From Sedimentisphaera cyanobacteriorum (GTDB lineage Bacteria; Planctomycetota; Phycisphaerae; Sedimentisphaerales; Sedimentisphaeraceae): 32,000 nt of DNA. Where the stretch lies: the NCBI RefSeq assembly GCF_001997385.1, contig NZ_CP019633.1:1830001-1862000 (forward strand), written 5' to 3'. The translations under genes and the position numbers were made by a program. A model generated the notes under the pieces. That model saw nothing but the letters and a program-made list of their open reading frames with translations, was not told where the DNA came from and ran no database searches. Positions 17,033-25,134 of the stretch are shown here, piece after piece (the first letter of the stretch is position 1; each line of letters starts with the position of its first letter).

Positions 17033-17689
17033 TTAACCTCCACGGTCTGTTTTGGTAAAGAGCATTGCTGAGAAGCCTGCGTCTTTGTAAAGGCCGCTTC
17101 TTATTTCGATTTCGCCCTGAGGGAGCTCTTCGGGATTCCAGAAAAGCGTGGAAGCGGATTTTTCCAGCTCAAAGCCCTCCTGTTTTGTTATTTCGATGGT
17201 ATCTGAAAGCGGCAGGAAGCGGGCATATTTATAGATTGGGTGGCCTTCGCTTTTCTTTATCTGATATGCCCTTCCCCAGGGATTGTCTGAGCAGATTATT
17301 CCGATTAGAAGCTTACCGCCCGGGACGAGCAGTCTCCAGCATTCAGAGAGGGCATCTTTTGGGGAATCTATGAAGCAAAGCGTGAAAGCGAGCATAACCC
17401 CGCTGAACTGCCCGCTGGGCAAGGGGGCGTTTTCCGCGAAGCCCTGATAAGCTTTAATCCCTCTCGAAGAGGCGAGCTCAAGCATTTTCTTGGACGGGTC
17501 GAGCCCTTCATTTATCCCCATTCGAGCGGCAAACCGCCCTGTACCTGTTCCAACTTCAAGCCACCTGCCCTCAGGGCTGCCTGCAAGTTTTTGCAGGCAT
17601 TTCAGCTCGGCCTTGAAAATGCGTTTGCCTTTGGGGCTTTCATACCATTGATCGTATCTCTTGAATAGACTGTCGAAGGGCTGTTCCAA
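17033..17689 (-). CDS. Class I SAM-dependent methyltransferase (Methyltransf_11-like)
   Basis: It has motif I WLEVGTGTGRFA and post-II LLVPGGKLLIG, and the N-terminus FDSLFKRYDQWYES. It uses a TTG start. It is the last gene of the ArsR/J-domain unit. Confidence 0.8.
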   Translation of the reverse strand: MEQPFDSLFKRYDQWYESPKGKRIFKAELKCLQKLAGSPEGRWLEVGTGTGRFAARMGINEGLDPSKKMLELASSRGIKAYQGFAENAPLPSGQFSGVMLAFTLCFIDSPKDALSECWRLLVPGGKLLIGIICSDNPWGRAYQIKKSEGHPIYKYARFLPLSDTIEITKQEGFELEKSASTLFWNPEELPQGEIEIRSGLYKDAGFSAMLFTKTDRGG

Positions 17690-17754
17690 TTTTTTTCTTC
17701 AATATTTTAATGCTTTTACTCTCCGGCTGGGCGGCCTGTATTCTTCATCGCAGT

Positions 17755-18171
17755 TCAAATGCACGAGTTTGGCCGGTCGCTTTTTTTCTTCTTGCCTTTT
17801 TCTTCGTGTTTGTGCTGTTCCGGTGAGCCGTAGAATTTATCACGCCACCACAAAAATCTGCCCCAGCTGTTATCGAGGTTGTATTTGCAGTTTTTATCGT
17901 CGCTTTTTGGACGATCTATCTGTTCAAAGATTTCAGAGCATTGTTTATTGAAGGCCAGAAGGTCGTATGCGCATTTAATCAGGCGGAATTGTTTGTCCGA
18001 ATCAGAGCTGCTCTGGTTATGGTCAGGGTGGTGTTTGCAGGCAGCTTGGCGGTATGCCTTTTTGAGCTGCTCGCTGCTGGAGTCCTCCTTTACGCCAAGT
18101 ATCTCTCGAGCGGCTTTTCTGGCCTCAGTCTCGAGGTCTATATCTTTCATAAAATCCATATTATGCTTCAT
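17755..18171 (-). CDS. Stand-alone J-domain (DnaJ-like) protein
   Basis: The J-domain signature ILGV..DSSSEQLKKAYRQAACKHHPDHN contains the HPD tripeptide and is followed by FRLIKCAYDLL. There is no Gly/Phe or zinc-finger region. The C-terminus is Trp- and Lys-rich. Its ATG overlaps the ArsR stop in an ATGA. Confidence 0.8.
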   Translation of the reverse strand: MKHNMDFMKDIDLETEARKAAREILGVKEDSSSEQLKKAYRQAACKHHPDHNQSSSDSDKQFRLIKCAYDLLAFNKQCSEIFEQIDRPKSDDKNCKYNLDNSWGRFLWWRDKFYGSPEQHKHEEKGKKKKSDRPNSCI

Positions 18172-18470
18172 TTTGATGCTGCCTCCGGTTCGAATAGCGA
18201 ATCAATTTGGCTCTTCCAGCTTCGAAGAACATCTTCATTCAGGCAGTAATCAACGAAGTAGCCGCGCTTCTCAGAGTGCACTGCGCCTGCCGCTCTCAAT
18301 ATTCGAAGGTGCTGAGAAACCGCTCCTGCCGTGATACCAAGCTCCTCAGCGAGCTCGCCTACGCAAAGGCATCTCCGGCCGAGAAGGCGAATTATCTTTA
18401 TCCGCGTATCAACGCCGAGAACCTTGCTTATCTCTGCTGTTTTTCTGTCTTGATCCATAATCATTTCCAT
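18168..18470 (-). CDS. ArsR/SmtB-family transcriptional repressor
   Basis: The winged HTH reads CVGELAEELGITAGAVSQHLRILRAAGAV, preceded by ALGVDTRIKIIRLL. The protein is 100 aa. Confidence 0.9.
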   Translation of the reverse strand: MEMIMDQDRKTAEISKVLGVDTRIKIIRLLGRRCLCVGELAEELGITAGAVSQHLRILRAAGAVHSEKRGYFVDYCLNEDVLRSWKSQIDSLFEPEAASK

Positions 18471-18471
18471 T

Positions 18472-18510
18472 TAGTATATTTTATTATACTAAAATAAATA
18501 ACCGAGTCAA
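18472..18510 (-). promoter_or_regulatory. Near-consensus promoter with an overlapping inverted-repeat operator for the ArsR unit
   Basis: On the minus strand TTGACT (18510..18505) and TATAAT (18488..18483) are separated by 16 nt. The inverted repeat TAGTATA-N6-TATACTA (18472-18491) covers the -10 and the expected TSS. The ATG at 18470 is only 12 nt from the -10, with no SD, so the mRNA would be leaderless or nearly so. Confidence 0.55.
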
Positions 18511-18543
18511 TCTCTATAAGCTTTCTTGCAGAGGATTTAGTTT

Positions 18544-19971
18544 TTATTCGCTTGCTTGTTCGCTGAGGCTGAGAAGAAAGATTTGGCGGTATTTTTCGCC
18601 GGCTTCAGAAACATCCAGATTGAAGGCTATTTTGCTGCCGTCCCTGCTCCAGCAGGGATTGACCGGGTGGGTGCTGAATCTTTTTGTAAGTTTTTTCGGA
18701 CTAGACGGAGAGCCGTTTTCAATCGCCACGGAAAATACGCTGTTATCGCATACATAGCTTATCGTATGGCTGCCGGGTTTCCAGAAGAATGTATCCTGCA
18801 CGCTGGTATCGTGTTTTGTCAGCTGTATGGGTTCGCCTTCTGTCGGCGAAACAGCAAAAAGCTGCACTGCTGCATCATCATCTTTTGCCAGATATGCGAT
18901 ATATTTGCCGTCTGAGCTGGATAGAACCCAGTGTCGCGGGTCCCGCACAATGCCGGGGTATTTCCGGTTCTGCGTATATGTGAGCCGTTTTTGCCCTGCT
19001 CCTTCAGGCGGCATCGGCATTTTTGTCTTTGTCCCTTCAATCGCCCCGTGTCTTCCTGATGTTTGGATGTTTTCAGGGATATCCGAGATGAACAGCTCAA
19101 CCAAATCCTCGCCTGCTTCTGTTTTTAGTGTTCCTAAATATGCCTGTGCCCGCTGGTATGTACCGTTGGCTTTCAAGTATCCCTTACTGCCTACCCAAGC
19201 ATTGCTGAATGCCCTGCTGATCTGGTTTGAGCCCGGCTCGGGGTCGGGAACAACCTTAGCAGCGAGGACGGAAAAGCATCTGCCGGAATGGTTTTCTGTC
19301 TGGGTATGCCCTGAAACCTCTACAGGCAGGCCTCTTTTCATAACGCCCACCGAGCGAAGATTCAGCTTTCTGCCGGTTTCCTCCTCGAGCTCGGCCATAA
19401 GGGCATCGTTGTATGTAAAACCGATCCATTCGCCGTCGCCGCTGAACTGATGGGCGTGCGTTCCTCCCCGAAGGGCTCCAGGCGTAAACGGCGGGTAAAC
19501 ATCCCTTGCGTCCATATAGACGCCCTTCCCCGAGCTTTTGCTTTCATCCGCCATAACGCACGTCCTTCGGTGGAAGTCGTAGGGGCGTGATTTCGAGGCG
19601 TTTTTTATTCCTCTGATGAATATAATCTGATCTTTAGAGGGGTGATAAGTAGGCGTACCGCAGCCCGGGCCGTATTCATTCTGCCCGGGCACTTCATAAA
19701 CCCTCTGTATCTTTCCTGTTTGCGTGTTTACCTTTTCGATATACGGATTTGAGCCCATAAGCGGCCCGTCTGCCCGTGTATCGTAAACGATCCACTCCCC
19801 GTCCGGCGAAAAGCTGCCGTAGGGACTTATGTAATGATTTTCCGGCTGATTTGTGAGCTGTATTGATTTGCCAGCTCCGGATATATCGCTATTTTTGTTT
19901 ACGCTAACATCGCCCATAGGAAAGGCGGACGCTGTAATTACAAGTAAAATTGTGCAGAGAGACGCTTTCAT
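18544..19971 (-). CDS. Secreted TolB-type beta-propeller protein (YidR/DUF3748-like)
   Basis: It has a signal peptide (LLVITASAFPMG). PD40-like strands include FSPDGEWIVYD, SSDGKYIAYL and WSRDGSKIAFN. The central block YDFHRR...PPFTPGALRGGTHAHQFSGDGEWIGFTYND...PRHWV is one I recall from DUF3748/YidR proteins. That recollection has not been searched. Confidence 0.55.
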   Translation of the reverse strand: MKASLCTILLVITASAFPMGDVSVNKNSDISGAGKSIQLTNQPENHYISPYGSFSPDGEWIVYDTRADGPLMGSNPYIEKVNTQTGKIQRVYEVPGQNEYGPGCGTPTYHPSKDQIIFIRGIKNASKSRPYDFHRRTCVMADESKSSGKGVYMDARDVYPPFTPGALRGGTHAHQFSGDGEWIGFTYNDALMAELEEETGRKLNLRSVGVMKRGLPVEVSGHTQTENHSGRCFSVLAAKVVPDPEPGSNQISRAFSNAWVGSKGYLKANGTYQRAQAYLGTLKTEAGEDLVELFISDIPENIQTSGRHGAIEGTKTKMPMPPEGAGQKRLTYTQNRKYPGIVRDPRHWVLSSSDGKYIAYLAKDDDAAVQLFAVSPTEGEPIQLTKHDTSVQDTFFWKPGSHTISYVCDNSVFSVAIENGSPSSPKKLTKRFSTHPVNPCWSRDGSKIAFNLDVSEAGEKYRQIFLLSLSEQASE

Positions 19972-19974
19972 TTT

Positions 19975-21078
19975 TTACCCCGCAGAAACAGTTTGCTCAT
20001 ATTTTCGGGAGATCTCATCGCAGAGCCTGATAAATTCAGCAACTTTCTCATCCTCGGTATCAGATTCAATATCCGCAGCGACAATATCGCAGGGCCCGTA
20101 CTCTGAGGCAGCTTTCAAAAGGTCTTCACGAATCTGCTTTATGTCTTTGTTTTTCACGTCCATTGGGGTGTACATCAGAGATCTTCTTGCATTTGGAAAG
20201 AGCTTTTTAGCGAGCTGTAAATCAGAGTTGATGCCCATATCGATATATGCAACGTACGGGATTTTTGCGTATTCTTCGAGGTAAGGCGTTGCGTTCCAAG
20301 CGCAGTTGTGCAGGCCGAAGCAGCTGTCTCTTTCGGCAATTTTGATGTCCTGAGCGAGCAGGTATTCTCTGTACTGCTCAGGAGAGATCATATTTACAAG
20401 GCAGTTACTTATATTGGAAAAGCTGTTTTCAAAGCCGCTCTCGCTTTGTATTTTCTGAACGACAGTGCTTGCCTCGAGCATTGTTTTGCGTATCACATCA
20501 AACAGATGTCTGCATCTTTCGGGTTTATCGAAAAGGTCGAGGAAGAGCTCTTCGCCTCGCAGCCTCTGGGCATTGTTCAGCACTCCCTGCCAGTTTATGA
20601 AGCCCTTGATTATTCCGTGTTTGGATTTAATTTTTTCAAGCTGGCCGAGCAGGTTCTGGAAGATCTCGCTGCTTTGCAAGTTTGGAACTTCGAGATTGTC
20701 TATCTGGTCTGCTGAGAGGTAGTCTTTGCTTGTGCATGGCCAGTTGTCTCTGGAGTACACAATAGGTATTCCGAACATGGCTGAGATAATGCATGCGCCG
20801 AAAGTTCCAGTCAGGAAATCCGGCTGCATTTCAGGCTGGTCTATAGCTGCGATTGAGGAGTTCGGGAAGCGTTTCTCAATCTCCGCTTTCATCATATTTA
20901 CTGTCTGCTCGCGGTAGTCCGGGTCTGTATGCCATTTCTCGCCGAAATCTATATCCAGCGACTGACGGTACCATTTCGGGGTGAAGCCGATTTCCGGCCT
21001 CAGCCAAGGCAGATTTCCTTTCGCAGGGCGTCTTGTGGCCGGTGCTCCGGGAGCTATATAGCTTATAAGCTGCTGCAT
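19975..21078 (-). CDS. Uroporphyrinogen-decarboxylase-like (URO-D/MtaA superfamily) TIM-barrel protein, function unknown
   Basis: It is 367 aa from the ATG at 21078, which lies 2 nt after the symporter stop. The segments INWQGVLNNAQRLRGEELFLDLFDKPE, NMISPEQYREY and GLHNCAW resemble URO-D-like family blocks. The track start at 21351 would overlap the symporter by 271 nt. Confidence 0.45.
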   Translation of the reverse strand: MQQLISYIAPGAPATRRPAKGNLPWLRPEIGFTPKWYRQSLDIDFGEKWHTDPDYREQTVNMMKAEIEKRFPNSSIAAIDQPEMQPDFLTGTFGACIISAMFGIPIVYSRDNWPCTSKDYLSADQIDNLEVPNLQSSEIFQNLLGQLEKIKSKHGIIKGFINWQGVLNNAQRLRGEELFLDLFDKPERCRHLFDVIRKTMLEASTVVQKIQSESGFENSFSNISNCLVNMISPEQYREYLLAQDIKIAERDSCFGLHNCAWNATPYLEEYAKIPYVAYIDMGINSDLQLAKKLFPNARRSLMYTPMDVKNKDIKQIREDLLKAASEYGPCDIVAADIESDTEDEKVAEFIRLCDEISRKYEQTVSAG

Positions 21079-21080
21079 AT

Positions 21081-22667
21081 CTATGTCCTTCTTTTCACTA
21101 TTTTCGTTATCAGCAGCCCTGCTACAAGTATTACCATTGTTCCGAATACAGGAATCAGAAACGAATGAAGATGGCTTTTCAGGTGGTCTGGAAGAGCGCC
21201 AATCTTCGGAGATAATGTCATATATGCTATAACAATCAGCCCCATTATCACTGAGGCAGCTGCGATTGGACTGCTTGCCCTTCTGCTTATCAGCCCGAGC
21301 AGGAAGAGCCCGAGCATACCGCCGCCGAAAATTCCTGCAAGCGTCCACCACGCATCAAGCGCACTGGTTATGTTCACCAGCAGAAGCGCCGTACCAGTCC
21401 CCAAGAGTCCCCAGAGGATAGTAGCGGTGTATATTGCAAGCATGGACTGCCTTTCGGTGTGTTTTTTATTTATAAATCGCTGATACCAGTCTGTTGTTAT
21501 AAGGGTTGCCGATGAGTTCAGACTCGTTGAAACAGTACTCATCGCTGCTGCAAAAATAGCGGCAATCAAAAGCCCCGTTACGCCAACAGGGAGCTGCTTG
21601 CCGATGAAGTGCGGAAACACCTTGTCTCCCATTTCAGAAACAGTAACAGTTTCAGCTCGTTCTTCAAGCCTCTCTTTAAAATCTGCGTCGTTTTCAGAAA
21701 CGTTTTCTCTTAAAAGCTGCTGCTCTGCTACAGTATATCTAACTTCCTGCATATACTCAGGGTGGGTCTGGTAGTAGGCGTAGAGCTGAGTACCGATAAA
21801 GAAGAATACAGCCGAAACGGGAAGGTAAAGCAGTCCTCCGAGCCAGATGCTCTTGCGCGCTTCTTTTGTGTTTTTAGAGGCGATGTAGCGCTGGATATAG
21901 CTCTGGTCGATTCCGAAATTCTGCAGGTTTATCACCACGCCGTAAACCAGTACAACCCAGAAAGTTGCGTTGGTGAGCGAGGGGCCGAAGCTTCCGAGGC
22001 TGAATTTATCATTCGCCGCAGCTATCTCAAATACCTGCCCTGGCCCTTCCGGCATATTCATAAGCATCATAACCGAGCAGGCAATCGCACCAACCATCAG
22101 AACAATAGCCTGAAGCGCATCTGCCCAGATAATCGCTGCGATTCCGCCAACGAATGAATAAACCGTAACAGAGAGCCCCGTGAAAAGTATGATAAGCCTT
22201 ATATCTTTACCGAGAAGTACGCTCAGAGGCAGAGCCATCAGATACATCACAACACCCATTCTCGCAAGCTGGGTGAGGACGTAGAAGAAGCTCGCATACA
22301 TCCTTGCCCAAGTGCCGAATCGGTGCTCAAGGTGGGCATAGGCTGAAACTTCCCCCGTCTTGCGGTAGTATGGCAGGAAAAACTTCACAGCTATCCACGT
22401 TGCCACAGGAATAGATAGGCTAAATACAAACGGATTCCAGTTTCCGCCGAACGATTTGCCCGGCAGGCCGAGAAAGCTGATGCTGCTGAGGTATGTGGCG
22501 AAGATTGACAGCCCGCATGCCCAGCCGGGAAGCGCCCTGCTCGCTGCGGTAAAACCTTCGACTGATCGGCTTTTGCGGTAGAAGTAGAAGCCGATTCCCA
22601 TAGTGAGAACAAAATAGAGAGCGAGAATCACCCAGTCTGCGGCGGTGAAATACGTTTCAACTTTCAT
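21081..22667 (-). CDS. Sodium:solute symporter (SSS/SLC5 family)
   Basis: It is 528 aa with about 13 TM segments. The N-terminus DWVILALYFVLTMGIGFYFYRKS and the overall pattern are typical of SSS transporters. It lies next to an aldolase gene. Confidence 0.9.
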   Translation of the reverse strand: MKVETYFTAADWVILALYFVLTMGIGFYFYRKSRSVEGFTAASRALPGWACGLSIFATYLSSISFLGLPGKSFGGNWNPFVFSLSIPVATWIAVKFFLPYYRKTGEVSAYAHLEHRFGTWARMYASFFYVLTQLARMGVVMYLMALPLSVLLGKDIRLIILFTGLSVTVYSFVGGIAAIIWADALQAIVLMVGAIACSVMMLMNMPEGPGQVFEIAAANDKFSLGSFGPSLTNATFWVVLVYGVVINLQNFGIDQSYIQRYIASKNTKEARKSIWLGGLLYLPVSAVFFFIGTQLYAYYQTHPEYMQEVRYTVAEQQLLRENVSENDADFKERLEERAETVTVSEMGDKVFPHFIGKQLPVGVTGLLIAAIFAAAMSTVSTSLNSSATLITTDWYQRFINKKHTERQSMLAIYTATILWGLLGTGTALLLVNITSALDAWWTLAGIFGGGMLGLFLLGLISRRASSPIAAASVIMGLIVIAYMTLSPKIGALPDHLKSHLHSFLIPVFGTMVILVAGLLITKIVKRRT

Positions 22668-22734
22668 AGCCTATTGGTCTCCTGTTAAACTAATTTTTGA
22701 GGCCATTATAATCATTACAGCCCATTACAGGCAA

Positions 22735-23682
22735 CTATTTGTTTTGGTGAAGTGCGGAATAATCGCAGCTGATACTGCTTAGCTCTTCATTGTTTTCAGA
22801 GATGAACTTCTTTATCCGCTGCCGGTGTGATGCATCGGCCGGCTGAAGGGGGCTGGCTACAAAATCCGGACACAGATCTTTTTCGTAAAGGGCATACTTT
22901 AGCCCAGAGATATAGCTGGGCTCATAAATGTTTTCAGCCATTTGGCCTATAAGGCTTTTGCAGTATTCAGATGTCGCTTCGTCTTTGAGTACTAAAGACT
23001 GGTACAACCTTGCGAAAAGCCCGGGGAAAAGGTTAGCCCCGCCTGTGATTCCGCCGTCTGCTCCTAATGAGACAGCCTCATCAAGCAGCAATTCAGGCCC
23101 TATCATCACAGACCAGTCCGGGCGAATTTGCTTCAGCTCTGTAACCCGCCGGAAATAATCCATATCTGCCGAGCTGTCTTTAACGCCTGTTATACCAGGC
23201 AGTTCTGCAAGCTTTCTCAGCGTTTCCACCTCAAAAACTGTCTTAGTGCAGCTGGGCATATTATAGAGGAAAATCGGGAGGCTTATTTGCGAATGAAGCT
23301 TTTTAATATATTCGTAAAGCTCGTTTTGAGTGATAGGGAAATAGTACGGCGAGCAAACCACAACAGCATCCGCACCGTTCTGTTCAGCCTCTCGGGCAAG
23401 CTCGAGCGTTTCTGGCAGGCAGGTGGTTGTTATGCCTGCAAGCACCAGAACCCGCTGATTTATAAACCTGCAGCTGCGCCTGATAATCTCTTTTTTGACA
23501 CTAATGCCAAGGCTCGCTGCCTCGCCTGTAGTACCGAGTACAAAAATCCCGTTCACACCGCCTGCAATTATATGCTCTATAATCGCACTGAGCTTTTCAG
23601 TATTGAGCTTCTCCTCAGTTTCCATGGGTGTAACCAACGGCGGGATTATTCCCTTAAACTGCTTGTTTTTTGTAAATTCCAT
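22735..23682 (-). CDS. DHDPS/NanA-family class I aldolase (N-acetylneuraminate lyase or 2-keto-3-deoxy-sugar-acid aldolase type)
   Basis: It carries the family motifs VLGTTGEAASL and FLYNMP (the YN.P motif), and the Schiff-base lysine context ITGVKDSSAD. Substrate cannot be assigned from the sequence alone. Confidence 0.8.
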   Translation of the reverse strand: MEFTKNKQFKGIIPPLVTPMETEEKLNTEKLSAIIEHIIAGGVNGIFVLGTTGEAASLGISVKKEIIRRSCRFINQRVLVLAGITTTCLPETLELAREAEQNGADAVVVCSPYYFPITQNELYEYIKKLHSQISLPIFLYNMPSCTKTVFEVETLRKLAELPGITGVKDSSADMDYFRRVTELKQIRPDWSVMIGPELLLDEAVSLGADGGITGGANLFPGLFARLYQSLVLKDEATSEYCKSLIGQMAENIYEPSYISGLKYALYEKDLCPDFVASPLQPADASHRQRIKKFISENNEELSSISCDYSALHQNK

Positions 23683-23709
23683 AATTTTCCTTGAATTATC
23701 ATTAGTCTG

Positions 23710-23722
23710 CTAAAACGTTTTT
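23710..23722. promoter_or_regulatory. Candidate LacI-family operator, site 1 (CTAAAACGTTTTT)
   Basis: The CG-centred palindrome AAAACGTTTT (23712-23721) lies between the predicted -10 and the RBS of the aldolase operon. An identical 13-mer occurs on the other strand at 25014-25026. Confidence 0.5.
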
Positions 23723-23732
23723 ATTAAGCTAA

Positions 23733-23761
23733 ATTGTAATCAATGTTTAGCAAAAGGTCAA
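23733..23761 (-). promoter_or_regulatory. Promoter of the aldolase/SSS/URO-D-like/propeller operon
   Basis: On the minus strand TTGACC (23761..23756) and TACAAT (23738..23733) are separated by 17 nt. An AAGGA RBS sits before the ATG at 23682. Confidence 0.5.
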
Positions 23762-23824
23762 TAGGAAAAAGGTTTTTTCTGCTAATTATAGAAAAAAAGT
23801 TACGGGTCAATTCAAGTTTCGGGT

Positions 23825-24889
23825 TTATATATCTATTTCGAAGTTGGCAATACTGCCTCTTCTAGTTGATTCTCTCAGCACGGGCATAACCGGAACCACT
23901 ACTTGAGTGGGCATAGAAATTTTACCATTGAGCTGCTTGAAAAGCAGTCTTACGGCTTCTTCGTGAAGGTTGTACTGTGATCTGGTGAATGTGCTTAATG
24001 GAGGGTCGATGTACGGGGAAACAGAGGAATCACCAGTTCCTATTACTGCTATATCGTCAGGGATTTTAAGCCCTTTTTTCTTCACAGCGTGATAAGAACC
24101 TACAGCAAGCGAATCGGTTATCGTGTAGAGCCCGTCGATTTTTTCGCCTGAATCGAGGAAGTTTTTCATTGCTTCGTACCCGTTTTTTTCGGTGAAACCA
24201 TCTGCTACTATTTCAACAGGCTTGTTTCCGCTCAATTTCTCGGCATCCTCCCTGAAACCTTCAATACGTGCTATGGTGGTTTGGGTGAGGATTTTAGAGT
24301 ACAGGATTACTGGATTCCTGCTGCCTGAAGAATAAAGAATATCCGCCGCCTGACGGCCTGTCATATGAGCCACTGTTTTCACTGAGGAGTAGTGAGGGAT
24401 GTCCCTGCCTATAAACACAACAGGGGAGCTTATTACGTTTTCTGCAAGGAATTCATCGTCTGTGGGTATTGTATTAGCTATCAGGGCTGCATTGAATCTT
24501 GTTCCGTCCAGAAGGCCCGGAAGCTCCTTTACCCGCCCTGCCTCGAACATATCTACAGTTACATTGAAGTTTATATCCTTATATTCGGCTTCATTTCCCA
24601 CCCTCTGGAGAGTAGTAATAACTGAGCTTATAAGCGGCAGAGGCGCCTGAAAAGACGTTAGAACAGCTATGGTGATTGGATAGCTGCTGGAGCTGTAAGA
24701 CCGCAGCATTCTCGCTGAAATATTCGGAAGGTAGCCGATCTCTCGGGCTGCCTGCTGAACCCTCTTTACTGTTTCCGGAGATATCCTGCGTTCCTCTTGC
24801 CTGTTGTTCAGCACAGAGGAAATTGTAGAAATTGAAACCCCGAGCTTCTTCGAGAGCTGCCTTATTGTTACCTGTTTATTTTTTTCCAT
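23825..24889 (-). CDS. LacI/GalR-family transcriptional regulator
   Basis: The N-terminal HTH is VTIRQLSKKLGVSISTISSVLNN, followed by a periplasmic-binding-protein-like sugar-binding core. The protein is 354 aa. Confidence 0.9.
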   Translation of the reverse strand: MEKNKQVTIRQLSKKLGVSISTISSVLNNRQEERRISPETVKRVQQAAREIGYLPNISARMLRSYSSSSYPITIAVLTSFQAPLPLISSVITTLQRVGNEAEYKDINFNVTVDMFEAGRVKELPGLLDGTRFNAALIANTIPTDDEFLAENVISSPVVFIGRDIPHYSSVKTVAHMTGRQAADILYSSGSRNPVILYSKILTQTTIARIEGFREDAEKLSGNKPVEIVADGFTEKNGYEAMKNFLDSGEKIDGLYTITDSLAVGSYHAVKKKGLKIPDDIAVIGTGDSSVSPYIDPPLSTFTRSQYNLHEEAVRLLFKQLNGKISMPTQVVVPVMPVLRESTRRGSIANFEIDI

Positions 24890-25013
24890 GATTAATCTTT
24901 AAGGTTATATATAGTTTTGCTTGAAAAAAACGCACCTTCTGCCGCAGTAAAAATTCTCATTAGTCATTCTGTATTATACAGTTATTGGCGGAAAGGTGTA
25001 CCGAAAATTAAAA

Positions 25014-25026
25014 AAAAACGTTTTAG
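25014..25026. promoter_or_regulatory. Candidate LacI-family operator, site 2
   Basis: The plus strand reads aaaaacgttttag, which is the reverse complement of CTAAAACGTTTTT. The site lies about 110 nt upstream of the exoprotein ATG at 25135, in the LacI/exoprotein divergent region. Confidence 0.5.
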
Positions 25027-25134
25027 TTTAATATGATAAATGATATAAGTCAGCGTATGGCTATATTAATATTGCATCATCGAATTGAGCAACTTGCTTT
25101 TATGAAAAGTCGTTTTTATGCGAAAGGTGTTATC

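Noticed and set aside
18827-19450. A 207-aa plus-strand ORF inside the beta-propeller gene
   Set aside because: It is an antisense shadow that is Ser/Pro-rich and has no RBS.
19975-21351. The track ORF of 458 aa starting at 21351
   Set aside because: Its first 91 codons lie inside the 3' end of the SSS symporter gene in another frame and are Arg/Ser-rich. The ATG at 21078, 2 nt after the symporter stop, gives a sensible 367-aa protein.
23128-23694. A 188-aa plus-strand ORF inside the aldolase gene
   Set aside because: It is an antisense shadow. The minus-strand frame carries the GTTGE, YN.P and Lys motifs.
25033-25134. The upstream start of the LamG exoprotein (track start 25033)
   Set aside because: The ATG at 25135 is preceded by an AAAGGTG RBS and begins a canonical signal peptide. 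The 34 extra residues would bury it.
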